A DNA stretch of 63,775 nucleotides, counting the filler, from Octopus bimaculoides (Eukaryota): NCBI RefSeq assembly GCF_001194135.2. It is 6 parts of 6 records of this genome, joined end to end, with 100 filler letters (N's around TTAATTAATTAA, not from the genome) between each part and the next. Parts side by side here need not be neighbours in the genome. Positions count along the whole stretch, not along the records: positions 50,614 to 60,816 come from NC_069001.1; positions 60,917 to 62,619 come from NC_068990.1; positions 62,720 to 63,775 come from NC_069004.1; 3 more parts are not named here. One strand, given 5' to 3'. The notes under the pieces are model-generated. The model saw only the letters and a list, made by a program, of their open reading frames with translations. It searched no databases and was not told the origin of the DNA. Shown in pieces: positions 50,846-63,775 of the stretch. Each line of letters opens with the position of its first letter. Position 1 is the first letter of the stretch. The position numbers were made by a program, and so were the translations under genes.

Positions 50846-51224
50846 ATATATATATATATAATATTTATGCTACGCTCACTGTCGGTCTATTACACACGCT
50901 TCTACATAAAAGTGTACACAGTACACATACACGCACAACATATAAACACATCCATATTGCCAACAACACATCTATTTGATCTCTGACTATTTCGATTCAA
51001 TCACCATTAACAATGGCTAACGCCCACCAATTATAATTTACACGGGAGGAGGAGGAAGGGGTTTGAGGAAAAGTATGAGGCTTAGCGTGAGTGATTAGGG
51101 TCTGTGATTCACTGTATGAGAATAAAACTAGTCTATTTTGCCCCTAACATATTTCATTCTTTTACAGCGCACATACACACTTATACACATACACACACAT
51201 ACACATACTCAGACGCACGCGCGT

Positions 51225-51266
<42 letters not shown>

Positions 51267-51470
51267 TTACCCATACATACGCAAGCATAAGCACCGGTGC
51301 ACGCATTAATGCACACAAGTATTTCTTATTTGAGTCATCTTAAGCGCATTCGTCATATATATGGCAACATACCATATTGAGATTACATGCGCGCGCGCGT
51401 GTGTATGTGTTTTTGTGTGTGTGTGTGTGCGCACGTGTGAGTTGTGCGAGTAGGCATACATACACACATA

Positions 51471-51506
<36 letters not shown>

Positions 51507-53107
51507 TGTATGTATGTATGTACACACATATACATGCATACACAAACACCTACACATACACATACACACACAGATATCGGAACTGGACACTCATGAACGA
51601 AATCAGTTCAATCTAAGTAACACGGTTAATCACTGAGAGCTCACAATGACTCGGCAGACGGTTGCTGCTACGATTTCATGTTTAAGCGAATTAAACAAAG
51701 TGGTAGGGTAGAGCGCAGTTATACCTTATAAAATATTTATAAAATATTTTAGCAAACTTCACCTCACGCGTCACATTGATGTTTTAGTGGTTATTCACTT
51801 CTTCAGCCGCCGTTGACCGAAAAATATTGGTTATTTAGCAACAAAAATAATATATGGTAGGAGCTGATATTAAGAATGATTGGTATATAAATCTACCATG
51901 ATCGAACAAAGGAATAAAAAAGTTACTCTGTGTGTGTAGGTGGGGGTGCTCCAGCATGGGCTCTCTCTGCAGGCTGGGGTCGATAAAACAGCTATATAAC
52001 AATAACTACTTCGAAGTACCGCCGTTGTGAGTTCAGTCAATGCTGATGTCATCTAGTGTATGTTGTTGCTTACAACTTCCGGTTGATGAATCGCTTGCTG
52101 ATCCCTTCCAGCCAACGAAGAAGTCCTGACATGGTCGTTCAACAATGCTAGAAATATCAGCCGCCTTCATAATAACAGCTGCCATCTTCAAAGGACAAAT
52201 ATGATTATGTGGTTGGTCTTTGATCATAAGCCTACTCGAATACTTGGAGTGGATAAACAGCAACAGCCATCACCACAACAACCACACCATCACCACCACC
52301 ACCACCACCACCACCACCACCACCACCACCACCACCACCACCCTTAACAACCACAGCAACGATACCAACAACAGCAACGATAACAACCTTCTTTTATAAT
52401 TCTCATAACAATTTGTGACACTGACTTCAGAAATGGTCCGGCCACTTGACCACTTAGTTATCAGGCGGTATTGTCAGTGAAAGAGGCTTCATCGTTATGC
52501 GGTAATGGGACAGACCGATAGTTGTAAACATTAAGTGTTTGCATGATGAAGAACATAGTACTTCACATAAACATAAAAGCTAGAGGAACCCAGGAGCAGA
52601 GAGAGAGAGAGACGTTCTAAAAAAGTAAAGCAGAAGAAGGGTGTTGAAACTGAAAGATCCTTGGACGTATGTGCGTTCAAAGAATACGTGGGACATACAT
52701 CTGGAAGGAGAGAGAAGGGGGTGGGGAGAAGGGAGAAGGAGAAACATACAGAAGACAGCTAGAAGTTTCTATGAGACAACTGGTTACTTGCTAGAGATCG
52801 GATCTGTGACAGGAATCAAGTTTCAGCTACACCGAGAGACTGAATGTTGCATCACAGGGTAGAATGGTAAATTGTAAATAGAGTCATGAAGATTATGCTG
52901 ATTGTAAAGAATGGTAGGTGAAGAACAAAGAACAGCATAAGAGAGAAGAGAAGCTAGGAGAGAGAAGTGGGTGGAGGTTTGGAGTTTGCAGATAATGTAT
53001 AATATAAAGTTATTAAATCGATTATGATGTGTCCCCACCCGCTTTCCACCCACTAAAAGGAATATTTCACACACAACACCATAATAGTAGTAATAATAAT
53101 AATAATA

Positions 53108-53161
<54 letters not shown>

Positions 53162-55117
53162 TTCATGGTAGCGGAGGTTAGATTGGTGATGGTTGTGTTG
53201 GTGGTGGTAGAGCAGGTGATGGATAGTAGCGGTGATGAGTGGTGGTGATGATGGTGGTGGTGGTAGTGCTAGTAGTGATGTTGTAGTTGGTGGTGGTAGT
53301 GGTGGTGGTTGTAAAGATGATGACTGTTCTGATTTGTATTATAGTACTGAGGGCGGTGCTCAATCCTTTCAGTCTCGCCCATCACGTAAATTCTTTTGCT
53401 ATGACCACCACATAGAGGAAAAATGTCGAGGTTACTGACGCACTGGGGCTGTAAAATTCCTAGACGGTGAGTAGTTGTAGTCATCCTTTAGCAGGTAAGT
53501 CTTTCCACAGTTCTTTGCCTTGTCAGAACTGCAGCCTTGATCAAGCGTAGACCAAAACTGAGCTCTGAGCATCTAGAAAGTTGTCTGGTGCTCACAACAC
53601 TTTACCAGTCGATCAATGCTGTCAGTAGAACTTCCACATCGTCATATATGGAAGTCTAGTGGTGGGTAAGAACCATAACACTCTAAGGAACGAAAATCAA
53701 CTAACAGACAGGCTGTTCCGGAATTATTGATACCTGCTCTGCCCCGGGTAACTTCCAGGCGTGTCTTTTCGGCAAGTTAGCCAAACGAAAAACAGGGTAC
53801 CGGTCAGGTAGAAGCGACGTATGGGTTTGTCGCTTTTGCCCAAGCACTAAAGGATAGCTTCCTACCTTTTCGTCCATTTTTTGAGGGAGACTGGCCATTC
53901 TACTCGTAACCAGTCCTAGTGTTACTGTTGCTGCTGCTGTTTTTTGATGTTGTGGTCCCCACCGTATGTCGGGTGGTGACGGGTGGATACGGTGCTCCTC
54001 TTGCCACTGTCCTCTCGTACTTCTTGACTTTTCTCATTGATGCATTCTTTGTTGCTGTTGTTAGCGTCGTCGTCGCCATCGCTGCTGTTTCTAGCATTGG
54101 CACAAAATGTCAAAGTTAAAGGAAGGATTCAGTCAAGTGGTATCGATCTCAATCGTTGATTATATTAAGTTCGGTTAAGGCGAATTATACAAATCCCCCA
54201 ATTATAAAATTAAATCTTCCGATATAAATATGTACAACAAAAACAACAACAACAACAGCAACAACGACAACAGCAGCAGCAGAAACAGCAACAGCAACAA
54301 CAACAACAACAACAACAACAACCACAACCACAACAAAAAGGACGACGACGACAGCACCAAATGTGACAACAGCGACACTAACAGCAAAAACAACAATAGA
54401 AAAACAACGAGAACATCAAAAACATCATGACAAATAACCAATTGATATATTGCCTTCACCCCCACCCCACCAAAATAAAAAATCCATTCCTAAAATATAA
54501 ATCCAAATATTAATTACATAAACTCTTTAACTATGATTATTTGTCGGTTTATCAGGAAAAACCATCTGAAGTAAATCCACACGGTTGGTTACCATGTCAA
54601 CTAAAATAACCCTTTGTCTATCACAAACTATATTTGTATTATAGCTGTTTTTGTTTTGTTTTAGAAATGATTATAGTGTGTGGTATAATCTTATCTTAAA
54701 CGTATTTTCACTCCACTCATTTTAATGTCGCTTAGTTTGTAATCCGAAACTTAACTACATTTCACTGTAATTATTCATTAGCGATAATTAGAGAGAAGAA
54801 ACAACTATGAGAGATTAGTTATTAATAAACAAACCGGATTTGAATTCTTATTGGTTCAGTTCGTTGTGACATGGAGATAGAAACAAAATTTGGTTTTATT
54901 CTTTAATAGCAGGAAGGAAGTCTTGTTCTTGTTGGTATTGCTTTTTTTTTCTGGCCACAGGCCACCTTTGACCAAACAGTCTAGTGGTTTATGCCAAGAA
55001 TATATGGGGTGCGAAAGCTGTTTGAGGACACTACTCTCTTCAAATCAATTAAGAAGTTTCTATTTCTTTCAGATCTCTTGCGGTAAATAAAATGCAAACA
55101 AAATAAATAAAAATCAA

Positions 55118-56063
55118 TGCATCGTTGTTGCCATAAGTTGGAACACAGCGATTTGAAAATTACTAGCTTTCTAAATGTTGTAAGATATTTTGTACATACA
55201 ATTCTGATAGGATTGAACAACTCGTGGGAATGTTTCAACTATATTAAAGAGAAAAACATTCTAAACGTTCAGACATTGTAAGGATAACACAATTTATCCA
55301 GTGGGTTCAGAATATTATCAATGATGATCTCTGAAAAATCAATAAGAACCATCACCAAAGAACTTCAGGTGCCAGGATTAACTATCCGAACTGTGATGCA
55401 CAAAAACATTCGATAAAAGTAGTATGTACCAAGGAGAAACCAATTCGTGCCTGCAAAGAGACAGGAAAACCAAGCGGTTACTTAACAACGTTAAAAGCTC
55501 TCATGAACTTGAGATGCTTTACTTCTTCTCTGATGGGAACAAATTCGACCAAGACCAAAAGTCTAACAAGGGAAGTGACAAATGGTTTATGTACAGATTC
55601 TTCTGATGTCCCCAGAGTAATGCACCCTAAGTTTCCAGCAAGTGCGATGGTTTTAGAAGTGGTGAATGACGAAAGTCAGGTTATACCACCTCGTATATTT
55701 CCACAGGATGTGATGAGGTGCCGGAGACAGTTGTTATGGCCTGGGTCGATAAAGTACGCTATAAGAGGCCAAAAATGTTTCAACCCCTTTTCACAAAACC
55801 ACGTAACCTAAGAATGGGCGTCAAACATTCTTTATGGTTATGTAAAGCCAAATGTGTGCCCTCCAAACTTAGATTTAAATCCAATGGACTGCTACGTATA
55901 GAGCGTTGTTGAAAGCGTGACTAGTCGATATCCTCAAAATATCATAGCTTTACTGAAAACTGCCATTGTCTATGTGAATAAGGACCATTTAGTGCAGATG
56001 TGTCAATGATTCCGCACCCGCATTCAAGCAGTCATCGAAGCAGAAGGCCGATACACTGAATAA
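55118..56063 (+). mobile_element. Decayed Tc1/mariner transposase, maT-like
   Basis: EHSDLKITSFLNVVRYFVH, KHSKRSDIVR, SIRTITKEL, MLYFFSDGNKFDQDQKSN, VPRVMHPKFPASAMVL, DLNPMDCYV, FRTRIQAVIEAEGRYTE*; multiple stops and frameshifts; the second Asp motif is degenerate. Confidence 0.85.
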
Positions 56064-57264
56064 TCTTCTAAGAAAGTTTGCTGAAAGCATGTGCACAATT
56101 TTTTGTTTTTTTTAGCAAAACAAATTTGGTTTCTTTTTGATTAAAGTTGTTTTATTAAATCATCAAATATGATCATAAATACTTCTCGCGCGCTGTCTGC
56201 ATAAATAGAAATAACAAATCAAATTTTAATATAAATCTTCCATTTTTTATGAGGAACAGCTGGCTAGAGAATGGGTACCTACAGACTACATGTGATCTAC
56301 ATCAATTATGCTTTATTTCAACTGTAATTGTGGAGTGTTTTTTACTCAGTCCCTTCTATGGTTTTAGAATGGTCGTTGGATTTATATGTTTTGAACAGCA
56401 GAGATTCAAAATTTAAGGCAAAAATAAAAAGTAGTAATTATTTTTAAAATCATAAACGTATCTTAAAAATTATTTTTGTCTTTTGAAAGTAATGAAAAAA
56501 TATATATATAACTGGGCTTCTAAATCGATTTCGATTCCTTGAGAATACCGACAATTTTCTATAGAAATGTTGTATGGTACATTAAGAACGAAACAAAACA
56601 CAGTTTAAATACCAGTAATTTAATATTCCAAGTAAATGTTAACAAATTTTAAAAGTGTGAAATATGCAAATAGTCTAATCAGTTTACTTTCGCCACTAAT
56701 ATCAGTGGGTCCCTTAGCAGTATGTCATGGATAGTTGAAATGGGCAGTATGAATAGTTGTTCCTTGCTTTTTGTATTCGTGAAAATATTTTATATATAAA
56801 CATAATGTTTGCATTCGTTGGAACATACACTGCTGGCTCAAAATTCAATAGAGTAATTTTACAGCACATTATAGCATACATACATATGGTTGCAGTGTCA
56901 GGTTGTGATTTATATAATTTACACTTTCACAGGCGCAAAATCTATGATCGATCTAATGCAATGACACTTGGCTGGAAGTGAACCACGGCTTCTAAGTAAA
57001 GCTGATTGTCAGTGGATGATATAGGGTTTCGTTTCACCGAATCTTTATGGATTACGTGATGGAGTTATTACTGCTCGCAGTTGTACTTTTTTGTAATGCA
57101 GCAGTTTGCTACATAAATAAGATATTTGGCTGGTATTTCTAGTAGATCAAGGTGACCACAAATAGATCTTTCTTTGACTTTAGTATGATGTTGTTGGTAG
57201 TAGTGATCCCAGCGGTAACTGGCTAATATTTGAGTAGAGCAGGGCAGAATCGTGTGAACAGGCA

Positions 57265-57462
57265 GAATCGTTAGCACGCCGGGCAAAATGCTTGACATCA
57301 TTTCTCTGTTTTTACGTTCTGAGTTCAAATCCCGCAGATATCGTCTTTGGCTTTCATCGTTCCGAGGTCGATAATATAAGTACCAGCTGAGCACTGAGGT
57401 CGATTTAATCGACTTAATCCTTCCTCAAAGCTGCTGGCCTTGTGACAAAATTTGAAACCAAC
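57265..57462 (+). mobile_element. SINE family B
   Basis: ggcagaatcgttagcacgccgggcaaaatgc...gagttcaaatccc...gaggtcgataatataagtaccag. Confidence 0.8.
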
Positions 57463-57815
57463 ACGTGAGTAAGAGTAATAGTTGTATAGGTGACAGCGGT
57501 AGGGGAGAAATATTTGAGTTAATAGTGATGATAATGGTGGGGGTGGGGGTGGTGATGATGATGATGATAGAAATGGTAGAGGCTACCTTTCTAACACTTG
57601 CTATTCTATATCATACCACATGGAAAAAAATCAAACAGTTCATCTCATAAAAACCCTTTGACAAGTCCCCATTGGAACAATGCCACTCTGTCAGTCTGTC
57701 TGTCTGTCTGTCTGTCTCTCCCCTCCCCCCTCTCTCTCTGTCATCACTTGACCGGATCCAAACCAAAGAACAAATATCCAGAATCGTTTCCTGTGAAACC
57801 CTGTCTCAGTAAACT

Positions 57816-57877
<62 letters not shown>

Positions 57878-58538
57878 NNNNNNNNNNNNNNNNNNNNNNN
57901 NNNNNNNNNNNNNNNNNNNNNNNNNNNNNNNNNNNNNNNNNNNNNNNNNNNNNNNNNNNNNNNNNNNNNNNNNNNNNNNNNNNNNNNNNNNNNNNNNNNN
58001 NNNNNNNNNNNNNNNNNNNNNNNNNNNNNNNNNNNNNNNNNNNNNNNNNNNNNNNNNNNNNNNNNNNNNNNNNNNNNNNNNNNNNNNNNNNNNNNNNNNN
58101 NNNNNNNNNNNNNNNNNNNNNNNNNNNNNNNNNNNNNNNNNNNNNNNNNNNNNNNNNNNNNNNNNNNNNNNNNNNNNNNNNNNNNNNNNNNNNNNNNNNN
58201 NNNNNNNNNNNNNNNNNNNNNNNNNNNNNNNNNNNNNNNNNNNNNNNNNNNNNNNNNNNNNNNNNNNNNNNNNNNNNNNNNNNNNNNNNNNNNNNNNNNN
58301 NNNNNNNNNNNNNNNNNNNNNNNNNNNNNNNNNNNNNNNNNNNNNNNNNNNNNNNNNNNNNNNNNNNNNNNNNNNNNNNNNNNNNNNNNNNNNNNNNNNN
58401 NNNNNNNNNNNNNNNNNNNNNNNNNNNNNNNNNNNNNNNNNNNNNNNNNNNNNNNNNNTTACATCAAGTATGTCATTAACCGAATTACTTTCATTTCTCT
58501 AGATTTCTGCCTGTCCTCTCTCTTACACTCTCCTTTAC

Positions 58539-58582
<44 letters not shown>

Positions 58583-59312
58583 GTGTGTGTGCTTGTGTGT
58601 GTGCACACGCGTGTATATATATGTTTATATATACATATATGCATACATATGTATGTGAGTATGTGTATGTGTGATTGTGTATGTATGCGTAAGCTATTTT
58701 TCAATATATACTTTATACACATACACGTACACAAACACACACACACATACACACATGTATATATATATATATAGAGAGAGGGGGGAGAGACAGAGAAAGA
58801 GTGAGAAAGAAAGAGAGAGAGAGAGAAAAAAGAAAGAGAAAGTGACAGAGAGAAAAAGAGAGAGAGAGATGGCTTTTGGTTGTCGATGCTGGACAACAAA
58901 TGATAGCAGCCACCGTCTCAGCCTCAAGATAGAGGGAGGGGTTGGTTCGTGCAAGAGCCAGTTGCACACACTCGTCCATCAAACCTGTTCGGATGCAACA
59001 AGTGCCATGGGCCCAGTAGGGATAAGGATGTGGGATTTGTATAGAATTACCTTCTCGTAGATAAGCACCTAAAGAGCTGACGGACCTCATGTATTCTGGG
59101 CCTGTTGATATTTGTGAGTGACCTTCTTCTGGAGTCAATTCTATGACATGCTAATTAGCCCATAGCTTGGACTCTGGCAGTTGCTATTACTCAGGGTTAG
59201 AGCAAAAGGGGCTAAGGAGTGGCTCCTCACTCTTCAAAAACCGGGAGCTCCCAAACAAGTGCCCTCCAACCGGCTATACTTTAATGTAATACCCGGGCCT
59301 ATGGTGTAAAGT

Positions 59313-59700
59313 TGGTTGGTTGGCACTCCGTCAGTTAGAACGATTAGGGATCCAGTCGATCCGATCAACGGAACAGCCTACTTGTGAAATTAACGTGCAA
59401 GTAGCTGAGCACTCCACAGACACGTGTACCCTTAACGTAGTTCTCGGAGATATCCAGCATGACACAGTGTGACAAGGCTGACCCTTTGAATTACAGGCAC
59501 AACAGAAAACAGGAAGTAAGAGTGAGAGAAAGTTGTGGTGAAAGAGTACAGCAGGGTTCGCTACCATCCCCTGTCGGAGCCTTGTGGAACTTTAGGTGTT
59601 CTCGCTCAATAAACACTCACAACGCCCGGTCTGGGAATCGAAACCGCGATCCAACGACCGCGAATCCGCTGCCCTAACCACTGGGCCATTGCGCCTCAAC
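59313..59700 (-). mobile_element. SINE family A, full length, 11-bp TSD
   Basis: tRNA-like head at ~59620-59697; TGGTGTAAAGT at 59302-59312 and 59701-59711. Confidence 0.9.
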
Positions 59701-60768
59701 TGGTGTAAAGTACAATAGCATTAACGATAATAATGAATTTTAATAATCGAGTGACATTCCTACCGTGACCATCTCATCAATTATTTCGGGAATTTGCGAC
59801 CTAGCTGAAAATTATGAGAATCGTTGGTGCGTGTGACTGAAAAACATGCGGTATTTGACCCAGCTTTCTAAGCTTTGAGTTCATATACTGCCAAAAGTCA
59901 ACTGACCCGTTCATTCCTTCGGGATCGATAAAATATAGAACCAGTCTAGCGCAACATGGATGGGTGGGGTGGGGGCTAGAATTAACGGAACGTCAGACTC
60001 GCTCTCGATACTTTGTGGTATTTGTTCAAACCCTTTGTGTTCTGTAATGCCTTTGTGTTCTCTAATGCGTGTTTCCTTAAAATAATCCTCAGGCAGACTC
60101 AGTGTAACCCAGTAACATAACTGGCGGGGGATGGGGGATGGGGTAGGGAGCGGCGACGCATTTATGGGCACGGCATTTTTGAGCTGTTGCTATAGAGTTG
60201 TATGGTGCGGCGAACTCAAGAGCTGCCCCGAGGGCCATATACTGTAGCAACGTCACTGGTGTGACACGGTGAGACTAAGCTGTACATTTTTTATTTCCGG
60301 GTATAGTCCACCTGATGGGCTTTGATACAGTTTCCACATATCTATTTTCATTCACAAGATATGAAAACGACATTTGTCCATGATACCGGATTGTGGGTTC
60401 GAGCCCTGCTACAAGCGGTTGTGAAACTAATTCTTTCATCCTTCCGACTATACAGTGTCTATATGTAATGTATGTAAAACCAAACAGAACTCACCACCCG
60501 AAACCAATTACAAATCCAACCTGACATCCACCCTTAATAATTAAAAGCTTCTTTGTTAAAATTGCATCATTTCTGTTTATCGCTTACTTGCTTCAGTCAT
60601 TAGACTGCGGCCATGCTGGGGCACCGTCTTGAGGAATTTTTCTTTTAGTTGAACTAATCGACTCCAGCACTTATTTTCATAATCTGGTACTAATTCTATC
60701 CGTTTCTTTTGCCGAACCGTTCAGTAACGCGAACGTAAACACGCAAACACCAGTTGTTAAGCAGCGGT

Positions 60769-60816
<48 letters not shown>

Positions 60817-60916
60817 NNNNNNNNNNNNNNNNNNNNNNNNNNNNNNNNNNNNNNNNNNNNTTAATTAATTAANNNNNNNNNNNNNNNNNNNNNNNNNNNN
60901 NNNNNNNNNNNNNNNN
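60817..60916. other. Synthetic scaffold linker N44-TTAATTAATTAA-N44
   Basis: Identical in form to the other linkers. Confidence 0.95.
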
Positions 60917-60959
<43 letters not shown>

Positions 60960-61659
60960 GTGTGTATTTATATTTATATCAGGATTACATTATACCAGTA
61001 ATAAAACAACAACAATAATAGCAATATATATGAAGCTGATAACAATATCAAAAACCACGGCAACCACAACCACAACAATATCATTCAGACAACAATCGCT
61101 TTGAAAGCAGCAAGCTGCTAGAATTAATAGCGAAATGGAAACACCTTCTTAAAATATGGGAAATACATTGGATAATGTAGTCCTGGATACACGATACCTG
61201 AAAAGAGGAAAGTATTATACATGTAATGATGAAGAAAGCTGCTTATTAATTAGTTTTGTGTATACACAACTTTTAGTGAAAGATAGCAATTATTAAAGTC
61301 TACACTGTCTAGAAAATTCTTAGAAATTCTAAAATTAATATATTTGTATCAAAAGATTTCAGCTACAGAAAACTAATTTTAATCCAGTACGAGATAGAGT
61401 TTCTTTACTTAGCAAGATAGCATTTTATAACACTGCAGGATACCATTTCCTCTTTTTCTCTCTCTCTCTCTCTCACACGCGCGCGCGCGCTTCCTAATGC
61501 TACTTTTCTACAGACATATCTATACAAACACTTCTCCAGCATCATCCGAATTAAGTTGATTCCAATATCCTTTCATATTCGTCATGTGTTTTGGGAGAAG
61601 AGAAGTGGTATTAATTTACAGCAATTGTCGGCATGGGAACGCATCTTCCTTTAAGGCTT

Positions 61660-61870
61660 CGAGCTGACAGAATCGTTAGCATGCCGGACAAAATGCTTAG
61701 CTGCATTTCGTCCGTCTTTACGCTCTGAGTTTAAATTCTGCTGAGGTTGACTTTGTCTTCCATCTTTTCGGGGTTAATAAAATAAATACCAGTTGAGTCC
61801 TGGGGTAGATGTAATCGACTGGTCCCCTTCCTTCAAAAACTACTGACCTTGTGCTGAAATTTGAAAGCAG
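61660..61870 (+). mobile_element. SINE family B
   Basis: cgagctgacagaatcgttagcatgccggacaaaatgcttag...ggggtagatgtaatcgactgg. Confidence 0.8.
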
Positions 61871-62039
61871 CTTACGTCAACTGCACCAAATATAAATGTC
61901 ATATCATTGTTCATAGACCCCCTACGAAGGACGGCCTGAGTAATAAACCACAACAACTGTACCCGCGATCCCTATCCTTATTTTAAGGAAGCCGATGTTG
62001 TAGTGAGTAAAGGCTGAATATTGTAGTTAGGATGAGCCC

Positions 62040-62470
62040 AGAATGGTTGGGTTTGGATGCAACAAAGGTGATGAATGGTGGAGAGGTGAGTGGGTTGGGG
62101 TGGTTACGTTGTGGATGTACGATGAGATCAACTGGCTTCGAGGATCACAGACTGTTTTGGGCCAGAAGCTATATTTTGATTGTTGGTCGGTGAATGTCGC
62201 CCTTTCGTCAATGCAATCCACAAAAGCCCTCTTTCCTGTGTGTATGTAGGAGCAGCACCTCCTCAGATACAGGAGCGCCACTCCATTATGGACCTCACTT
62301 TAGTCTGATACAGTGTCAGCAGCTGTTGAGGATGAAATATTTTCTGGCTCTGAAGAGAAGGGCTAATCTTTGGGGATCAGGCCCTTGCTATGCTAACGAT
62401 GAGCTTCCTCCAGGACATATAAACCGTGATAACGGGACTCAACATTCGTAACGCACCTATTAGTGAAGCA
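62040..62470 (-). mobile_element. LINE RT C-terminal remnant (CR1/Jockey-group-like)
   Basis: Minus translation with frameshifts LRMLSPVITVYMSWRKLIVSIAR...QRLALLFRARKYF..QQLLTLYQTKVRSIMEWRSCI*GGAAP matches the LSW..HI...LG.L.RAR.YF...LLTLYK..VR..MEY...WGGA pattern. Confidence 0.75.
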
Positions 62471-62619
62471 CTTGGCGGCACAAGGGACACGAGGTTCCGC
62501 TGTGGATTCGATGTGACAGTACTTTCACAACGAGAGGCAGTTAATACGGAACTGACGGAACTCAGTTTCTGCACCGTCTCCACCCCCACCGTCTCCACCA
62601 CCACCGTCTCCACCACCAC

Positions 62620-62719
62620 NNNNNNNNNNNNNNNNNNNNNNNNNNNNNNNNNNNNNNNNNNNNTTAATTAATTAANNNNNNNNNNNNNNNNNNNNNNNNN
62701 NNNNNNNNNNNNNNNNNNN
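62620..62719. other. Synthetic scaffold linker N44-TTAATTAATTAA-N44
   Basis: Identical in form to the other linkers. Confidence 0.95.
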
Positions 62720-62756
<37 letters not shown>

Positions 62757-62769
62757 TCTGTATAGTGAA

Positions 62770-63060
62770 GTGCATGGCCTAGTGGTTAGGCTGTCACACT
62801 CCAGATAGCTAGATCGTGGGTTCGATTCTCAGACCGAGTGGCACGTTGTGTTCTTATGCAAAACACTTCATTTCACGTTGCTCCAGTCCCCATTTCGACC
62901 AGGACGGGGTGACCAGCAGGATGCCATCAGTTGAAGGCTAAAACAATGCAAAAAGTGCATTGTGACCAGTGATGTGTAACAGTATCTGATAGTCTAGTTG
63001 ATCATATGGTCAAGTGATACCCTCTGTACCACTTTGCTTATTTTGAACCACCAGTGTACC
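62770..63060 (+). mobile_element. SINE family F
   Basis: gtgcatggcctagtggttaggctgtcacactcc...gtgggttcgattctcagacc...cgttgtgttcttatgcaaaacacttc. Confidence 0.75.
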
Positions 63061-63454
63061 CCGAAGGTATGTCCCAATGCATTTCCACCACCATCTCTCT
63101 TTCTCCCCTTCCTCTCTCTCTCTCTCTCTTTTCTCTCCTTTCTTTTCCAACTTGGAATTAGCCATGCATCTCCTCTCCAACCAGACACCTATCTCTAACT
63201 CTCTTTTATACTTTTAACTTGTCAACAACTAGCACAAGTCCAATTCTCATTCTTTGCCTTCGTAAAAAGCACCCAGCACACTCTGTAAAGTGATTGGCAT
63301 TAGGAAGGACATCCAGCCATGAAAAAAAAACATGCTAAAGTACAACATTAAAGCTTCGTGCGGTCTCCTGTTGAATCATCCAGCCATGCCAACGTGGAAA
63401 GCAGTCACTAAATGATGATGATAATTACGACGTGTATATATGTATGTCGAAATT

Positions 63455-63775
63455 GTGATGGCACCTGTGCCCAGCGTTGCCTTCCTGGCACGTGTAAAGT
63501 CATTCAAGCGAGATCGTTGCCAGTGCCACTGGACTGGCTCCTGTGCAGGTGGCACGTAAAATACACCATTTTGAGTGTGGCCGTTGCCAGTACCGCCTGA
63601 CCGGCCCTTGTGCCGGTGGCATATAAAAGCAACCACTACACTCTCTGAGTGGTTGGCGTTAGCAAGGGCATCCAGCTGTAGAAACTCTGCCAGATCAGAT
63701 TGGAGCCTGGTGTAGCCACCTGGTTTCACCAGTCCTCAGTCAAATCGTCCAACCCATGCTAGCATGGAAGGTGGA
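63455..63775 (+). mobile_element. SINE family D, truncated by the window end
   Basis: gtgccggtggcatataaaagcaacc...gagtggttggcgttagcaagggcatccagctgtagaaac...ccaacccatgctagcatgga. Confidence 0.75.

Noticed and set aside
53370-53500. Two strong donors (GTGAGT, GTAAGT) on plus
   Set aside because: All three upstream frames contain stops; the region looks like a retroelement UTR and no coding call is supportable.

Overview
Eukaryotic, AT-rich, repeat-dominated draft genomic DNA with many N gaps and microsatellites. The tRNA-derived SINE families and microsatellite load look like an octopus/coleoid cephalopod; this is inferred from repeat content and not confirmed by any search. The window is not one locus. 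Five identical 100-bp synthetic linkers (N44-TTAATTAATTAA-N44) join six segments: 1-15435, 15536-30289, 30390-50513, 50614-60816, 60917-62619 and 62720-63775. No intact gene, rRNA, true tRNA or CRISPR array is supportable, and nearly every ORF in the track is a microsatellite or gap artefact. Recognisable elements are: dozens of SINE copies (three with clear TSDs); a Tc1/mariner-type MITE; a hAT-type MITE with an 8-bp TSD; decayed LINE fragments (CR1/L2-like, RTE-like, R4/Dong-like); a decayed maT-like mariner transposase; and a Penelope-like GIY-YIG remnant. The most interesting signal, invisible to the ORF track, is a set of minimal type-I hammerhead-ribozyme-like motifs with palindromic stem III. 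One lies in tandem pseudo-LTR-like repeats just downstream of the Penelope GIY-YIG remnant, one in the loop of a 405-bp foldback, one is solitary, and two decayed ones sit in a ~200-bp non-autonomous element. There are also several unrelated long foldbacks, an HDV-like ribozyme remnant candidate, two CTCF-like motifs and a few candidate spliced exons, including a 20-nt microexon, of unidentified genes. All structures and translations were worked out by eye; coordinates of decayed elements are approximate.
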